DNA from: a virus
Strand: one strand, 5' to 3'
Virus record (IMG/VR): IMGVR_UViG_3300025519_000044
Location: 1 to 64,000 of that record
DNA: 64,000 nt
The position numbers were made by a program, and so were the translations under genes. Each line of letters opens with the position of its first letter. Position 1 is the stretch's first letter. This document shows, piece by piece, positions 38,617 to 48,694 of the stretch. A model generated the notes under the pieces. It did not search any database and was not told where the DNA came from. It was given only the letters and a program-made list of their open reading frames with translations.

Positions 38617-40281
38617 ATGACAGCAACCGTACCGGAAAATGAATTCGGATTCCACTATGCCGGGGTCCATTCACGCGAATTCAATATCCGAGTAATTGAA
38701 ATCCACCGGAATGCAACTGGAACCATGACAGAGGAAACACAGGACATACCCGGCATGAGAGGTGATTTGTATCTCGGAGTAGACGAAAGAAGCAAGCCGA
38801 TCCCAGTGGACATAGAAATTGTAGCCGATTCCCATGAGCAGCGGAACGAACTGGTCCACCAAATCGCGGAATGGCTAAAACCGGTGGAAGATAATGAATT
38901 TGAATTAATATTTGATGATGAACAGGATTTTGTATATTACGCCCACGTTTCCAACATAGCAGAGATTACGCGCAGCCTATACAAAGGGCGTACAACGATA
39001 ACATTCACTTGCTCGGATCCAAAAGCATATGGCGAATATATCAGCCAGGAAATAACCGAAAACCCAGCAACAATCATGCCGGATGGCATAGACGAATGCT
39101 ATCCGATTTTTACATGCATTCCGCAAAAAGACGAAAGCATAATCGCAGTAAGCGACGAAGAAGGAAACTATGTATATATAGGTGAGGACGTAGACCCGGA
39201 CACTGGTGCAGCACCGATTGACAAAGAACCGCGAATTTTACACGACAACTGCAATACGCTTGCCAATTGGGATAATATCACCAGTAGTAATATTACATTT
39301 GAGCTGGAAAATGGTGTCGTCAGCGGATCCGCAACATCAACAGCAAACACGCTCCGAGTAAACAGTTTCGGCAGCCATGTTAGCGGTAAATGGCATGGCC
39401 CAGTTTTACAACAAATGCTAACGGAAAGCTGCCCGGATTATCGTATAAAAGTACGGATGTTAAATAACCAATATTATGCCAGGGCGCATGGAAAAATCGA
39501 AGTATATCTCTTGGATGCAAACGCGGCCCGAATTGGGAAATTAATGTTAAAAGATAACAGCAACAGCAAAACCGTATATGCCCAGGTGGAAATTGGATCA
39601 CATACCACACACCACGAAATCTATTACGGAGAAGGAACGGTCAAAAAAGGAAAAAAGGACACCAAAACGATAAAAACCAAAAACGGCACATATAAAACAA
39701 AAGTAAACGGCAAAACAAAGACCGTACAAAAATGGAAAACTATTAAATTAGACGAAGACCTGACGACTGACACTTTTACAAATTTTTTCGGATCCATTCA
39801 ATTGCAGAAAATCGGTAACAAATACAGCATCGAAATTATGAAGCTAGACATTGACACGATAAAACCATTGTGGTCAAAGCCTATTACAGCAACATGGACA
39901 GATACAAACGGCACATACAACAAAGCACTGGCCGGAGTTGCCGTATATATGGCGAAGTATGACATCACAGAAGATACGACCGACCCGGTTACAAGCTATA
40001 AAAATAATGATTTGGCATTAACCGATTTGCAAGTTTGGAACATAATTGATGGCGGAAACAGCGGCAGCACCGAACCGACGGTGATTGTACGTGCCGGTGA
40101 TGAAATCAAAATAAATTGTGAAGATCACACCGTTTATAAAAACGGTGATATTTTTATGGAAAATGTATACATTGGAAGTAATTTCCTGACGATGCAGGGT
40201 GGAATTATGAAAACATTCGCATTCAGCCCGGACATAAGAGACGCCGAATGGTACATGGAGTACAGACCGACAAAGCCATAA
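38617..40281 (+). CDS. Distal tail protein (Dit) with insertion
   Basis: Follows the tape measure; LIFDDE..TITFTCSDP. Confidence 0.82.
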   Translation: MTATVPENEFGFHYAGVHSREFNIRVIEIHRNATGTMTEETQDIPGMRGDLYLGVDERSKPIPVDIEIVADSHEQRNELVHQIAEWLKPVEDNEFELIFDDEQDFVYYAHVSNIAEITRSLYKGRTTITFTCSDPKAYGEYISQEITENPATIMPDGIDECYPIFTCIPQKDESIIAVSDEEGNYVYIGEDVDPDTGAAPIDKEPRILHDNCNTLANWDNITSSNITFELENGVVSGSATSTANTLRVNSFGSHVSGKWHGPVLQQMLTESCPDYRIKVRMLNNQYYARAHGKIEVYLLDANAARIGKLMLKDNSNSKTVYAQVEIGSHTTHHEIYYGEGTVKKGKKDTKTIKTKNGTYKTKVNGKTKTVQKWKTIKLDEDLTTDTFTNFFGSIQLQKIGNKYSIEIMKLDIDTIKPLWSKPITATWTDTNGTYNKALAGVAVYMAKYDITEDTTDPVTSYKNNDLALTDLQVWNIIDGGNSGSTEPTVIVRAGDEIKINCEDHTVYKNGDIFMENVYIGSNFLTMQGGIMKTFAFSPDIRDAEWYMEYRPTKP

Positions 40282-40304
40282 AAACAGGGGGTGAATATTA
40301 GAAA

Positions 40305-43300
40305 ATGTATACTATTTTAGATCCAGATTTGAAGGTATGCGGATTTCTAAGCCTTGACGGATCCCAAGGCTGCAAATTTTATGATGATTTAAGAACAACC
40401 ATGATTGCAGACGATCAAGGCAAAGTTTGGAACGATACCCTACAAATTTCCGTACCATATGGGCATCGAGAAACGGAATTAATGAAAAACGGCTATCATT
40501 TGGCAGTACAGGGCGATGATGGCCGTTTTTATTGCTATCGTATCTATAATTACACCGATTCAGCGGTCGGACCGGTACACGTAAAAAGCGTACAGGCCAT
40601 AAATTTGTGTATTTGGGATCTAAACCATATAACCCTATCAGATAAAACATTCACGAATATTAAAAGTACAGATGCATTTAATTTCGTATTGCGCGGAAGC
40701 GGCTGGCAAATAGGTACAGAAAATTTCGTTGGTACAGCCGACTCGCTAGAATTTACAGCAGACCAAAAAGCACAAGCCGGATTGGATAATTGTATAAATG
40801 AATATGGCGTCGAGGTAAGGGCATATGTGGAAATATACGCCGGTCAAGTAGTAAACAAAAAGATTGATATTTTACAGGAATTAGGGGTTTCTCAGGGCCG
40901 TAGATTGGAATATAGCCGTGACCTGCAAGGCATAACCAGAACCGGTGACGATTCCGAATTTTACACGCTTTTGCATGTATATGGGCCGGAAGACAGTGAC
41001 GGAAATAAAATCACAATTTCGAGCATAAACGGCGGAAAAGACTATGTGGTGGACGACGACGCAAACGATGTATATAACCACGGCGGACCATATTTAGAAG
41101 GCTATGTCGCAAGTGACAACATAAAGCAAAAACAAGCCCTTCTGGATTGGGGAAAAGAGCAGCTGCAGAAATACAATCATCCAAAATTCACATATACGGT
41201 GGATGTCGCCTATTTGGGATATTTACCGGGATTAGGCGACCACATAGAAGTGGTAGATTTTTCAATGCAACCGGAACTGACGATCGCGGCACGAGTTTTG
41301 CAACGCGATATTTCAGAAGCAAATCCACAAAATACGAAAGTAACAATCGGTGAATTTGTGGAAGTCGTTGCCGTCACACCGGCGGACATCTGGGAGCTAC
41401 AAGCAAAGGCAAGCCAAGCCCAGCAGGCCGCCGAAAAGGCTTTGCAATACAAAGTCGAAGCCTTTACGCCGGACGGTCTTGATTTTGCGACAAACACCGA
41501 ACAAAAGCGCGTTATCATCCGGGTTTACGAAGGCACGGAAAATGTGACATACAGCCTCGACAAAGCGGCATTTGTTTGGCAAAAAATAAACGCGGATGGC
41601 ACGCACGATACAGATTGGGAAGCCGCACATGTCGGAATAGGGAACATCATTACCGTCGGAATAGAAGTGGCAGGCTCAACTATCAGGTGCAGCATCGGGG
41701 ACGCCACAAGCGCGCCCGTCCTGTTTGCAGAGGAATCTGATGCAGCCTATTTTGCAACGTTACCGATGGACAATCCTAGCGATGATGTAAATACACATGT
41801 TGCCCAATATGCTCAAGTAGATGCTAAGAATGGCTATATTTATTGGTCGCAGGAGTATTTCGGTAGCAAAAAGTCATCTAATGGAGGTTGGCAATCATTC
41901 AGCATTACAAGAACCACGTTAGATGGGGAGTTCGTTGACCAAATGTGGGTGATCGGCGGCGGGCACGGATCCAACTTTGGGATTGAGCACAGCGGATCCG
42001 ATGTTTACATATGGTCGGCCATGATTAACACCAGCAAATCCACGCTAAACGGCACGACATATTGGGGCGTCGCCCGGTTTAAATACACGCCGGGGGCAAT
42101 CGTAAAATACGGCGCATCCGGGGTAAGTTTTTATTCGTTCGGCAGCACGACCTACTACCGGGTTAACTTTGATGAGAAAAACAACTACGTCCACCTGTCT
42201 AAAGGAGAAGCGACTTTTTACGTCTGCAAAACAACGGACATTAAAAACGGCGTTTTCAAACCTTTGTACACCATGGACGCAAGCGAGGCAGGATTTAACG
42301 GTTCCGACCAAACGTTTCAATCGTCATGTTTGGATTTTCCGTACGTCTATTTTTGCGCTGGCGACATGGACGGGCACGACCAGCGCGTTATGTATTGCGC
42401 AGACATCCGGAGCCGGAGCCTTGTTTACAAAATTGTTTACACGTTTGATAAGGGCACGGTTAACCAGATTGGCGCCTACAACGAGCCGGAAGCTATAAGC
42501 GTTTATTACGACACAGACGGCACAAAATGGCTGGTACAAGGATTTTCGTGGGGCAACGAGGACGCCGAGGACAGCCAACGAACAAACCAGCTGTTCCGCA
42601 TAAGAGAGACGCAAAACAACAGCGCAGGTACAGACAGCGGATCCATTGTTGCGACAAGCCCTGATGTGGTGTTTACCAACGCTACACAAGTTGCAACCGA
42701 TGCACAGGGCACAGCTACGCAGGCAGCGGCCACAGCTGCAGGAGCTGCAGAAACCGCAGGACAAGCACAGCAAACTGCCACACAAGCTGCAGATGCAGCC
42801 GGGCAAGCCCAAGCAACGGCACAGACTGCATCCCAGACGGCCACGCAGGCGGCGGCTACAGCTGCAGATGCAGCACAAGCAGCACAGACAGCAATTACGA
42901 CCGCCAACGGCAAAAACAAAGCATATTATGGTGCAACAACGCCAACCAGTCCACAATCCGGTGATATTTGGTTTGTCACCGATGCAAACGGTGAAGTAAC
43001 GGCTATCCGGCATTGGGACGACACGCAATGGGTAGACGACGTGGATAATGTCGCCGTCCAAGAAGCAATTGATGAAGCCAATCAAGCGGCGGCCAATGCG
43101 CAACAAGTAGGCGAACAGGCGCAACAAACGGCCGAACAAGCCGCCCAAACTGGGGAACAAGCTCAACAAACGGCGGAAGCGGCGCAAAATGCCGCAAATC
43201 AAGCTCAACAGGATGCAAATGTTGCTAAAACCCAAGCTCAAAGCGCTGTTGATACTGCAAATCAAGCGACACAAAGTGCGAACAACGCGAGTCAAACAGC

Positions 43301-45455
43301 GTCCGATGCGGCGACACAAGCCAGTAGCGCGTTGACACAAGCACAGAGTGCGATGGCAGAAGCGCAGAAAAAGGCGGATGCATCCAGCGTTTATACAAAA
43401 ACAGAGATTGATGATGCGCTCGAGGGTTACGCTACCACGACCACGGTCAACACGCTTACGGGGCGTGTAGACAGCGCAGAAACGGCTATTCAGCAAAACA
43501 CCGATGCAATACAGCTTAAAGCCGATAAATCGACCGTTGACACGCTCACGGGTAGGATTAGCACGGCAGAAGCAACTTTGACCGCGCAGGCTGACCAAAT
43601 TGCAGCGCGAATCACTGAAGCAGATGCAGATGCTAAGTACGCCACGCAGACGGCACTAACGGCTACTGCAAATAGTTTGACGAGCAATATTTCAGCTGTA
43701 CAAACAAATCTCGATAACTTGAAAATCGGTGGTAGAAACTATTTAAGGGGAACGGGAACGCCTAAATCCATTACTGCAACTAATGTAAATAACCAAACGT
43801 TCACACCTTACTATTTTGTAGGTAATTCTTCAGCCCCTATAATGGATAAAACTATAACTGTTTCTTTTGACTGGGAAGTCACTGGCGTCGACTCGCCTTC
43901 TGGTGTATTCAGGGTTCAGGGGAGCAATCCTTGGCCGACCATTACTGATAATGTAACTTTATCATCAACAAATAAAAAAGGACATGTTTCACAGACTAGA
44001 ACAATAACAGGTGACCCTTTCAGCGGAGTAAACTTTAGACTTGATAATGTAACTGCAGGGGCAGTTTTAACTATATCAAACATGATGATTGAACTTGGTA
44101 ATAAAGAAAGCGACTGGACACCAGCCCCCGAGGACATGGCGACTCAATCCCAAATCAGCCAGCTGTCGGATGATATTAATTTACGCGTACAAAAAAACGA
44201 TGTGATCAATCAAATTAATCTCAGTACCGAGTCTATTTTAATCGGTGGAAATAAAGTTCACATCACGGGACAGACCACCATTGACAATGCGGTTATAAAA
44301 GATGCAATGATCGATAGCATGACAGCCGACAAGCTTACGGCGGGCACGATTGACGCAAATGTGATTACGGTTAAAAACATAAACGCCAGCAATATTGTGA
44401 CGGGAACGCTAGATGCAAGCAAAGCCACCGTTACAAACATCGACGCGTCTAATATCACCACAGGCACGCTAAACGCCGAACGTATTGCCGCCGGCTCCAT
44501 AGATGCAAGCAAGCTGAACGTTATGTCCTTATCTGCACTTTCGGCAAATCTTGGAAGCGTAACAGCTGGAAATATTTCCGGTGTGAACATAAACATTGGA
44601 AATGGGAACTTTACAGTAGATACATCCGGAAACCTTGTTGCAAAATCCGCAAATATTACAGGAACGATCACTGGTTCGACTATAAACGGTAGTGAATTTA
44701 ATTCTTCAGGTGAAAATGGAGAAATCCATATTTACGATGAATTTATTGAGAGCTTCGAACAAATATCTGACATAGAAACAAGCTTAGCCATTATCAGCAG
44801 TGGAAATTTTTCACAAACATATCGAGTAAGCTCATCAATATATAAAGAATCCTCGCTTGCTCCAGGTAGCTTGATGATATATGACATCAATAGTAGCGAG
44901 ACAGATATTACCGGCGGGGAAATTACAACGGCACAAATCAATATCACATCGGGATTTACGGCATCAAATGGAGGTGGAAGTATTATTTTAAAAAACGGCG
45001 ATATTGTTGGAATAAACGCCATTTATTTAAACGATGCTGCCAATGTCGATAGTGAAGGATTGATATTTCCGTGGTCAACATCAACTAATGTATTAGATGT
45101 TACACAAGCCGATTGTTTGCGTGCATATAACGGTAGATTATTATTAAACGGAGATGTAGTCCATACTGAAAAAAGCATGATGATTGCTTGCGGAACTGTT
45201 GCTATTACGCCAAGTTCTAGCAATACTCCGACTTATAAGACAATAAGTTTTGGGAAAACATTCCCCATTGTTCCAACCGTTGTGGTCACACCTAATTCAA
45301 CGGTACCAGGAACAACCGTAACGGGTTGGGCTGTAACAGATGTAACGACAACAGGATGTAAAATATGGGTTACTCGTACAAATACAACCAATACATGGTT
45401 AAGTTGGGTTGCTGTAGCTGATAATACAAATTGGACAGCAACGGCAGTAGGCTAA
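40305..45455 (+). CDS. Tal/tail spike and receptor-binding protein
   Basis: Endopeptidase-tail-like N-terminus, beta-propeller-like GGGHGSNFGIE segment, Ala/Gln coiled coil, DWTPAPED, C-terminal lectin-like domain. Confidence 0.85.
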   Translation: MYTILDPDLKVCGFLSLDGSQGCKFYDDLRTTMIADDQGKVWNDTLQISVPYGHRETELMKNGYHLAVQGDDGRFYCYRIYNYTDSAVGPVHVKSVQAINLCIWDLNHITLSDKTFTNIKSTDAFNFVLRGSGWQIGTENFVGTADSLEFTADQKAQAGLDNCINEYGVEVRAYVEIYAGQVVNKKIDILQELGVSQGRRLEYSRDLQGITRTGDDSEFYTLLHVYGPEDSDGNKITISSINGGKDYVVDDDANDVYNHGGPYLEGYVASDNIKQKQALLDWGKEQLQKYNHPKFTYTVDVAYLGYLPGLGDHIEVVDFSMQPELTIAARVLQRDISEANPQNTKVTIGEFVEVVAVTPADIWELQAKASQAQQAAEKALQYKVEAFTPDGLDFATNTEQKRVIIRVYEGTENVTYSLDKAAFVWQKINADGTHDTDWEAAHVGIGNIITVGIEVAGSTIRCSIGDATSAPVLFAEESDAAYFATLPMDNPSDDVNTHVAQYAQVDAKNGYIYWSQEYFGSKKSSNGGWQSFSITRTTLDGEFVDQMWVIGGGHGSNFGIEHSGSDVYIWSAMINTSKSTLNGTTYWGVARFKYTPGAIVKYGASGVSFYSFGSTTYYRVNFDEKNNYVHLSKGEATFYVCKTTDIKNGVFKPLYTMDASEAGFNGSDQTFQSSCLDFPYVYFCAGDMDGHDQRVMYCADIRSRSLVYKIVYTFDKGTVNQIGAYNEPEAISVYYDTDGTKWLVQGFSWGNEDAEDSQRTNQLFRIRETQNNSAGTDSGSIVATSPDVVFTNATQVATDAQGTATQAAATAAGAAETAGQAQQTATQAADAAGQAQATAQTASQTATQAAATAADAAQAAQTAITTANGKNKAYYGATTPTSPQSGDIWFVTDANGEVTAIRHWDDTQWVDDVDNVAVQEAIDEANQAAANAQQVGEQAQQTAEQAAQTGEQAQQTAEAAQNAANQAQQDANVAKTQAQSAVDTANQATQSANNASQTASDAATQASSALTQAQSAMAEAQKKADASSVYTKTEIDDALEGYATTTTVNTLTGRVDSAETAIQQNTDAIQLKADKSTVDTLTGRISTAEATLTAQADQIAARITEADADAKYATQTALTATANSLTSNISAVQTNLDNLKIGGRNYLRGTGTPKSITATNVNNQTFTPYYFVGNSSAPIMDKTITVSFDWEVTGVDSPSGVFRVQGSNPWPTITDNVTLSSTNKKGHVSQTRTITGDPFSGVNFRLDNVTAGAVLTISNMMIELGNKESDWTPAPEDMATQSQISQLSDDINLRVQKNDVINQINLSTESILIGGNKVHITGQTTIDNAVIKDAMIDSMTADKLTAGTIDANVITVKNINASNIVTGTLDASKATVTNIDASNITTGTLNAERIAAGSIDASKLNVMSLSALSANLGSVTAGNISGVNINIGNGNFTVDTSGNLVAKSANITGTITGSTINGSEFNSSGENGEIHIYDEFIESFEQISDIETSLAIISSGNFSQTYRVSSSIYKESSLAPGSLMIYDINSSETDITGGEITTAQINITSGFTASNGGGSIILKNGDIVGINAIYLNDAANVDSEGLIFPWSTSTNVLDVTQADCLRAYNGRLLLNGDVVHTEKSMMIACGTVAITPSSSNTPTYKTISFGKTFPIVPTVVVTPNSTVPGTTVTGWAVTDVTTTGCKIWVTRTNTTNTWLSWVAVADNTNWTATAVG

Positions 45456-45472
45456 AAGAAGGATGGTTATAA

Positions 45473-45769
45473 ATGGATGTAGATAATTTTTTAGAACAGT
45501 TAAAAGAAAAATTAAAAAATGAAAATATCGTGAAAAATGTAGAGGACTTGTCTCTTGACAAGTTTTCTACATTTGAAACTGACGGAAATGGTGAAAAAGT
45601 TGAGGTATCTACACAAAGTAGCTCATATTGGACTTATTTAATACCGATCATTGAAGCACAACAACAATTGTTAGAATCGTATATCTCTCAATGTGAAAAT
45701 TTAGTTTTAAAAGTCGCAGATTTAGAAATGCAAATCGCAGATATAAAACAAAAAATGGAGGCTGCATAG
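45473..45769 (+). CDS. Hypothetical protein, possibly fiber chaperone-like
   Basis: YLIPIIEAQQQL plus coiled coil. Confidence 0.5.
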   Translation: MDVDNFLEQLKEKLKNENIVKNVEDLSLDKFSTFETDGNGEKVEVSTQSSSYWTYLIPIIEAQQQLLESYISQCENLVLKVADLEMQIADIKQKMEAA

Positions 45770-45770
45770 C

Positions 45771-46193
45771 ATGCAAGTAAAAATTGAAAATCAAAAATTA
45801 GCTCAATCTATTAATCTTTTATACAATCTATCTCTTAAAGGAAAACAATCTCGCCATCGCTCAAAATTTATTAAAGCTTTGCAAGAACGACTACAGGAGT
45901 TTGCAGCAGATGAAAAAGAATTGTTGAAGGAGCACTGTAATTTAGATGAGAACGGCAACCCAAAAACAATTGAGAATGGTACGAAGTGGGATGTTAAAGA
46001 CTTAGATGCTTTTGTTAAGGAAAAGAAAGAGTTATATGAGGAAGAGCGAGTTTTTGAAGGAGGCGATGCTCAGGAAATGCTCAAAACCGTTAAGGAGGTG
46101 TTGCTTAATTGCGATAAAGAATTTACCGGCGCAGAGGCTGAAATTTACGATTACTTGTGTGATCAGTTCGAAAAAGGAGCGGATGAAAAATGA
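45771..46193 (+). CDS. DUF1617-like protein
   Basis: LSLKGKQSRHRSK..AEIYDYLCDQF. Confidence 0.7.
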   Translation: MQVKIENQKLAQSINLLYNLSLKGKQSRHRSKFIKALQERLQEFAADEKELLKEHCNLDENGNPKTIENGTKWDVKDLDAFVKEKKELYEEERVFEGGDAQEMLKTVKEVLLNCDKEFTGAEAEIYDYLCDQFEKGADEK

Positions 46194-46465
46194 GTGTTAA
46201 AATCCAGTTTACGAATATTAATCTTGCAAAAGACAATGAGGGCAATATTACCGGCGCTACTGTCCCGGTAACAGTTACATCAGAAATCGGTGGGCAATAT
46301 TTTTCTACGTCCGGCACATACACGCTAAAGCTGGACGAGCTGACCAGTACCGGGTTTGACGCAACAAAATTTGAAAAACTATTGTCCCAAAAAACGGCGG
46401 AAAATCTGTCTGCTATGGTAAATGACCTAAACACAGATAACGCAACAGAACAAACGACATCGTAA
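46190..46465 (+). CDS. Hypothetical protein
   Basis: Coupled ORF with AAGGAG RBS. Confidence 0.6.
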   Translation: MSVKIQFTNINLAKDNEGNITGATVPVTVTSEIGGQYFSTSGTYTLKLDELTSTGFDATKFEKLLSQKTAENLSAMVNDLNTDNATEQTTS

Positions 46466-46478
46466 TGAGTTAGGGGGT

Positions 46479-46820
46479 GTGGATCCGTTGGAAGGATTGA
46501 CCATGGATGAAAGAATCGAAAATCATGAAACGCGGATTACCGCCTTAGAAAAAAATTACGCGGACTTGACCAACAAAATGCAGGCGGTAGAAACAGGTCA
46601 GCTGCGGATTGAAAAAACGTTGCTTGAAGAAGGAAAAGAACAGAAGAAGTTGATTAACGAGCAGCGAGAAGAACAGCAGGAGCTTTTAAATAGGCTGCTG
46701 GAGCACACACTGAACATAAAGCGAAATAACAGCTATAAAAAATGGGATTTAGCCCTTGCCCTATTTGGCGGTGGGGGCTTAATTTATGCCTTAATAAGCT
46801 TAGTTGAAAGATTTTTTTAA
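46479..46820 (+). CDS. XhlA-like lysis protein
   Basis: Coiled coil plus C-terminal TM; before the endolysin. Confidence 0.65.
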   Translation: MDPLEGLTMDERIENHETRITALEKNYADLTNKMQAVETGQLRIEKTLLEEGKEQKKLINEQREEQQELLNRLLEHTLNIKRNNSYKKWDLALALFGGGGLIYALISLVERFF

Positions 46821-46835
46821 CCATAAAGGGAAGGA

Positions 46836-47879
46836 GTGAACGCTATGAAAGGGTTTGACATTTACCATGGCAGCGGAAATGTCGATTTTAAAAAGGCATA
46901 TGCTGCCGGATACCGGATTGTGATGGTAAAAGCGACAGAGGGCAAGACATTTAAGGATCCAAAGTTTTCCGCAAACGTCAAAGCCGCAAAATCTGCCGGG
47001 TTTAAGGTGGGCGCCTACCATTTTGCCCGATTTACAAGCCCGGCGGTCGCCCGGCAGGAAGCGCGGTATTTTTATGGCGCCGTGAAAGGCTATCTCAAAT
47101 ACATGGATGAACCGTTGGTGCTGGATCTTGAGACCAACCATGCCGGCAGCCAGCTGGTCGCGTCCATGCAGGCGTTTTTTTCCGAGCTGAAAAAGCTTAC
47201 CGGTCATAGGCTCATGCTCTATAGCATGGGTTATTTTTATCTCTCAAATTTAAAAGGCCATCATCCCGGTATCCCGTTGTGGTACGCCCGATACGCATCC
47301 AGTCCAATCGGTGTGCACAGCTATTATCTATGGCAAAAGTCGCAGAGCGGGAAGGTGCCGGGGATCTCCGCCTATGTGGACATAAACGAGACAGGCCCGG
47401 ATTATCCGTCCACATTGCAGGCCGAGGTTAAAAAGGCGGCAGCTGCGGTTACTACTGCTAAAAAGGCGGCGTCCACAGCTAAGGAGACAACAACAAAGGC
47501 AGTGGCCAGGCCAACAACCGCGGTAAAAACGACGCCGTACTATGTAACGGCCGGCAAATTAAACATCCGTAAGAGCCCGGGCGGGGACGTTATCGGGCAG
47601 CTTAACCACGGCGACAGGGTGCAGGTGCTGGGCATTTCTGCAGGTTGGGCAAAACTCAAATCGGGCAGCAACGTGGTCTATGTATCTGCTAAGTATCTAT
47701 CAAAATCGCAAACTGCCACAAAGACGGCGCCGAAACCCGTTTACCACACGGTGGTACGGGGAGACACGGCGTCAGCCATTGCCAAAAAATACGGTGTCAC
47801 GCTTGCACAGTTGAAAAGCTGGAACAAGCTTGATAGCAAATACACAATCTATGTCGGTAAAAAAATCCGCGTAAAATAA
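46836..47879 (+). CDS. Endolysin (GH25 muramidase, SH3, LysM)
   Basis: KATEG, GAYHF, LDLE; LNIRKSP SH3; C-terminal LysM. Confidence 0.93.
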   Translation: MNAMKGFDIYHGSGNVDFKKAYAAGYRIVMVKATEGKTFKDPKFSANVKAAKSAGFKVGAYHFARFTSPAVARQEARYFYGAVKGYLKYMDEPLVLDLETNHAGSQLVASMQAFFSELKKLTGHRLMLYSMGYFYLSNLKGHHPGIPLWYARYASSPIGVHSYYLWQKSQSGKVPGISAYVDINETGPDYPSTLQAEVKKAAAAVTTAKKAASTAKETTTKAVARPTTAVKTTPYYVTAGKLNIRKSPGGDVIGQLNHGDRVQVLGISAGWAKLKSGSNVVYVSAKYLSKSQTATKTAPKPVYHTVVRGDTASAIAKKYGVTLAQLKSWNKLDSKYTIYVGKKIRVK

Positions 47880-47891
47880 GGAGGAAAAAAC

Positions 47892-48419
47892 ATGTTACAC
47901 ACTATTATTCAAGCAGTTTACGCAATCATTCTGGCAGGGATTCCGGCGGTGCTCGGTTATGCCGGAAGATACGCAAAGAAATTTTTGCAATCGAAACACT
48001 TGGAAGGCATCGCCATCCGCGCGGTAAAATATGCAGAACAGTTAATGCCGGAACCGGGGCAGGGCGGGGAAAAGTACCGGGCCGCGTCTCAATATCTGGC
48101 GAAAAAGGCATATCAGCTTTTCAAAGTTAACCTGGAGCCGGCCGATATCAGGGCGCTAATCGAGGCGGCGGTCAATGATCTCAACCAAGAACTTGCTACA
48201 TTTGCAGACGCGCCGGCGAAAGAAGCTGTGGAAGACGATGAACCGGCCGAGGAAACGGAACATGCCGGGGAAGAAACAGCATCAGCAGATGAACAGGTAC
48301 TCGGTGCAGTTGATGCAAATAATATTAGCGTAACGGCGGAAAACGTTGTTGCACAAGGAGCAAAAAAAGTCGGAGATATGACGCTGGAAGAATTGCGGGC
48401 GGCATTGGCGAATAAATAA
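47892..48419 (+). CDS. Holin (LL-H-like)
   Basis: N-terminal TM, AVKYAEQ..G.EK..IEAAV. Confidence 0.82.
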   Translation: MLHTIIQAVYAIILAGIPAVLGYAGRYAKKFLQSKHLEGIAIRAVKYAEQLMPEPGQGGEKYRAASQYLAKKAYQLFKVNLEPADIRALIEAAVNDLNQELATFADAPAKEAVEDDEPAEETEHAGEETASADEQVLGAVDANNISVTAENVVAQGAKKVGDMTLEELRAALANK

Positions 48420-48459
48420 GCCGGATCCGGCAATACTAATGATCCACCAGGACAAATCA

Positions 48460-48487
48460 AAAAAGCCCTCGCAAATGCGGGGGCTTG
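48460..48487. terminator. Hairpin terminator after the lysis genes
   Basis: AAAAAGCCCTCGC-AAAT-GCGGGGGCTT. Confidence 0.7.
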
Positions 48488-48513
48488 AAATTTAAAAAAT
48501 AACGTGATAATAT
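48485..48513 (+). promoter_or_regulatory. Sigma-A promoter of the solitary repeat unit
   Basis: TTGAAA-17 bp-TAATAT with extended -10 TG. Confidence 0.65.
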
Positions 48514-48525
48514 CTTTTTAAAGGT

Positions 48526-48624
48526 ATCGCGTCCTTTTAAAAAAAATGCGTGGATTGAAACTGTGAATTGGATATTTGAGCTAAGCCGAAACTGCCGGGG
48601 CTTATTCCTCGGCAGTTTTGCTTT
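48526..48624 (+). CRISPR. Solitary type I-C-like repeat, short unique segment and terminator hairpin
   Basis: ATCGCGTCCTTTTAAAAAAAATGCGTGGATTGAAAC (48526-48561) versus I-C GTCGC..GCGTGGATTGAAA(T/C); followed by AAACTGCCGGGG..CCTCGGCAGTTT. Confidence 0.65.
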
Positions 48625-48638
48625 ATAAATAAGGTCGT

Positions 48639-48673
48639 AAAACCCCTACGCCTTTAGGCTAGTGGTAGTTCAA
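48639..48673 (+). mobile_element. Possible IS200/IS605 end remnant
   Basis: AAACCCCTACGCCTTTAGGCTAGTGGTAGTTCA resembles GCCTTTAGGC-hairpin ends finishing in TTCA. Confidence 0.45.
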
Positions 48674-48694
48674 TTTTTAGCCAGAATTGCGTGG

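Noticed and set aside
42324-43598. Long antisense ORF (424 aa) and similar shadow ORFs (29424-30029, 34373-35167, 50453-51058, 55228-55914)
   Set aside because: Opposite-strand shadows of clear genes, with no RBS or recognisable motifs.
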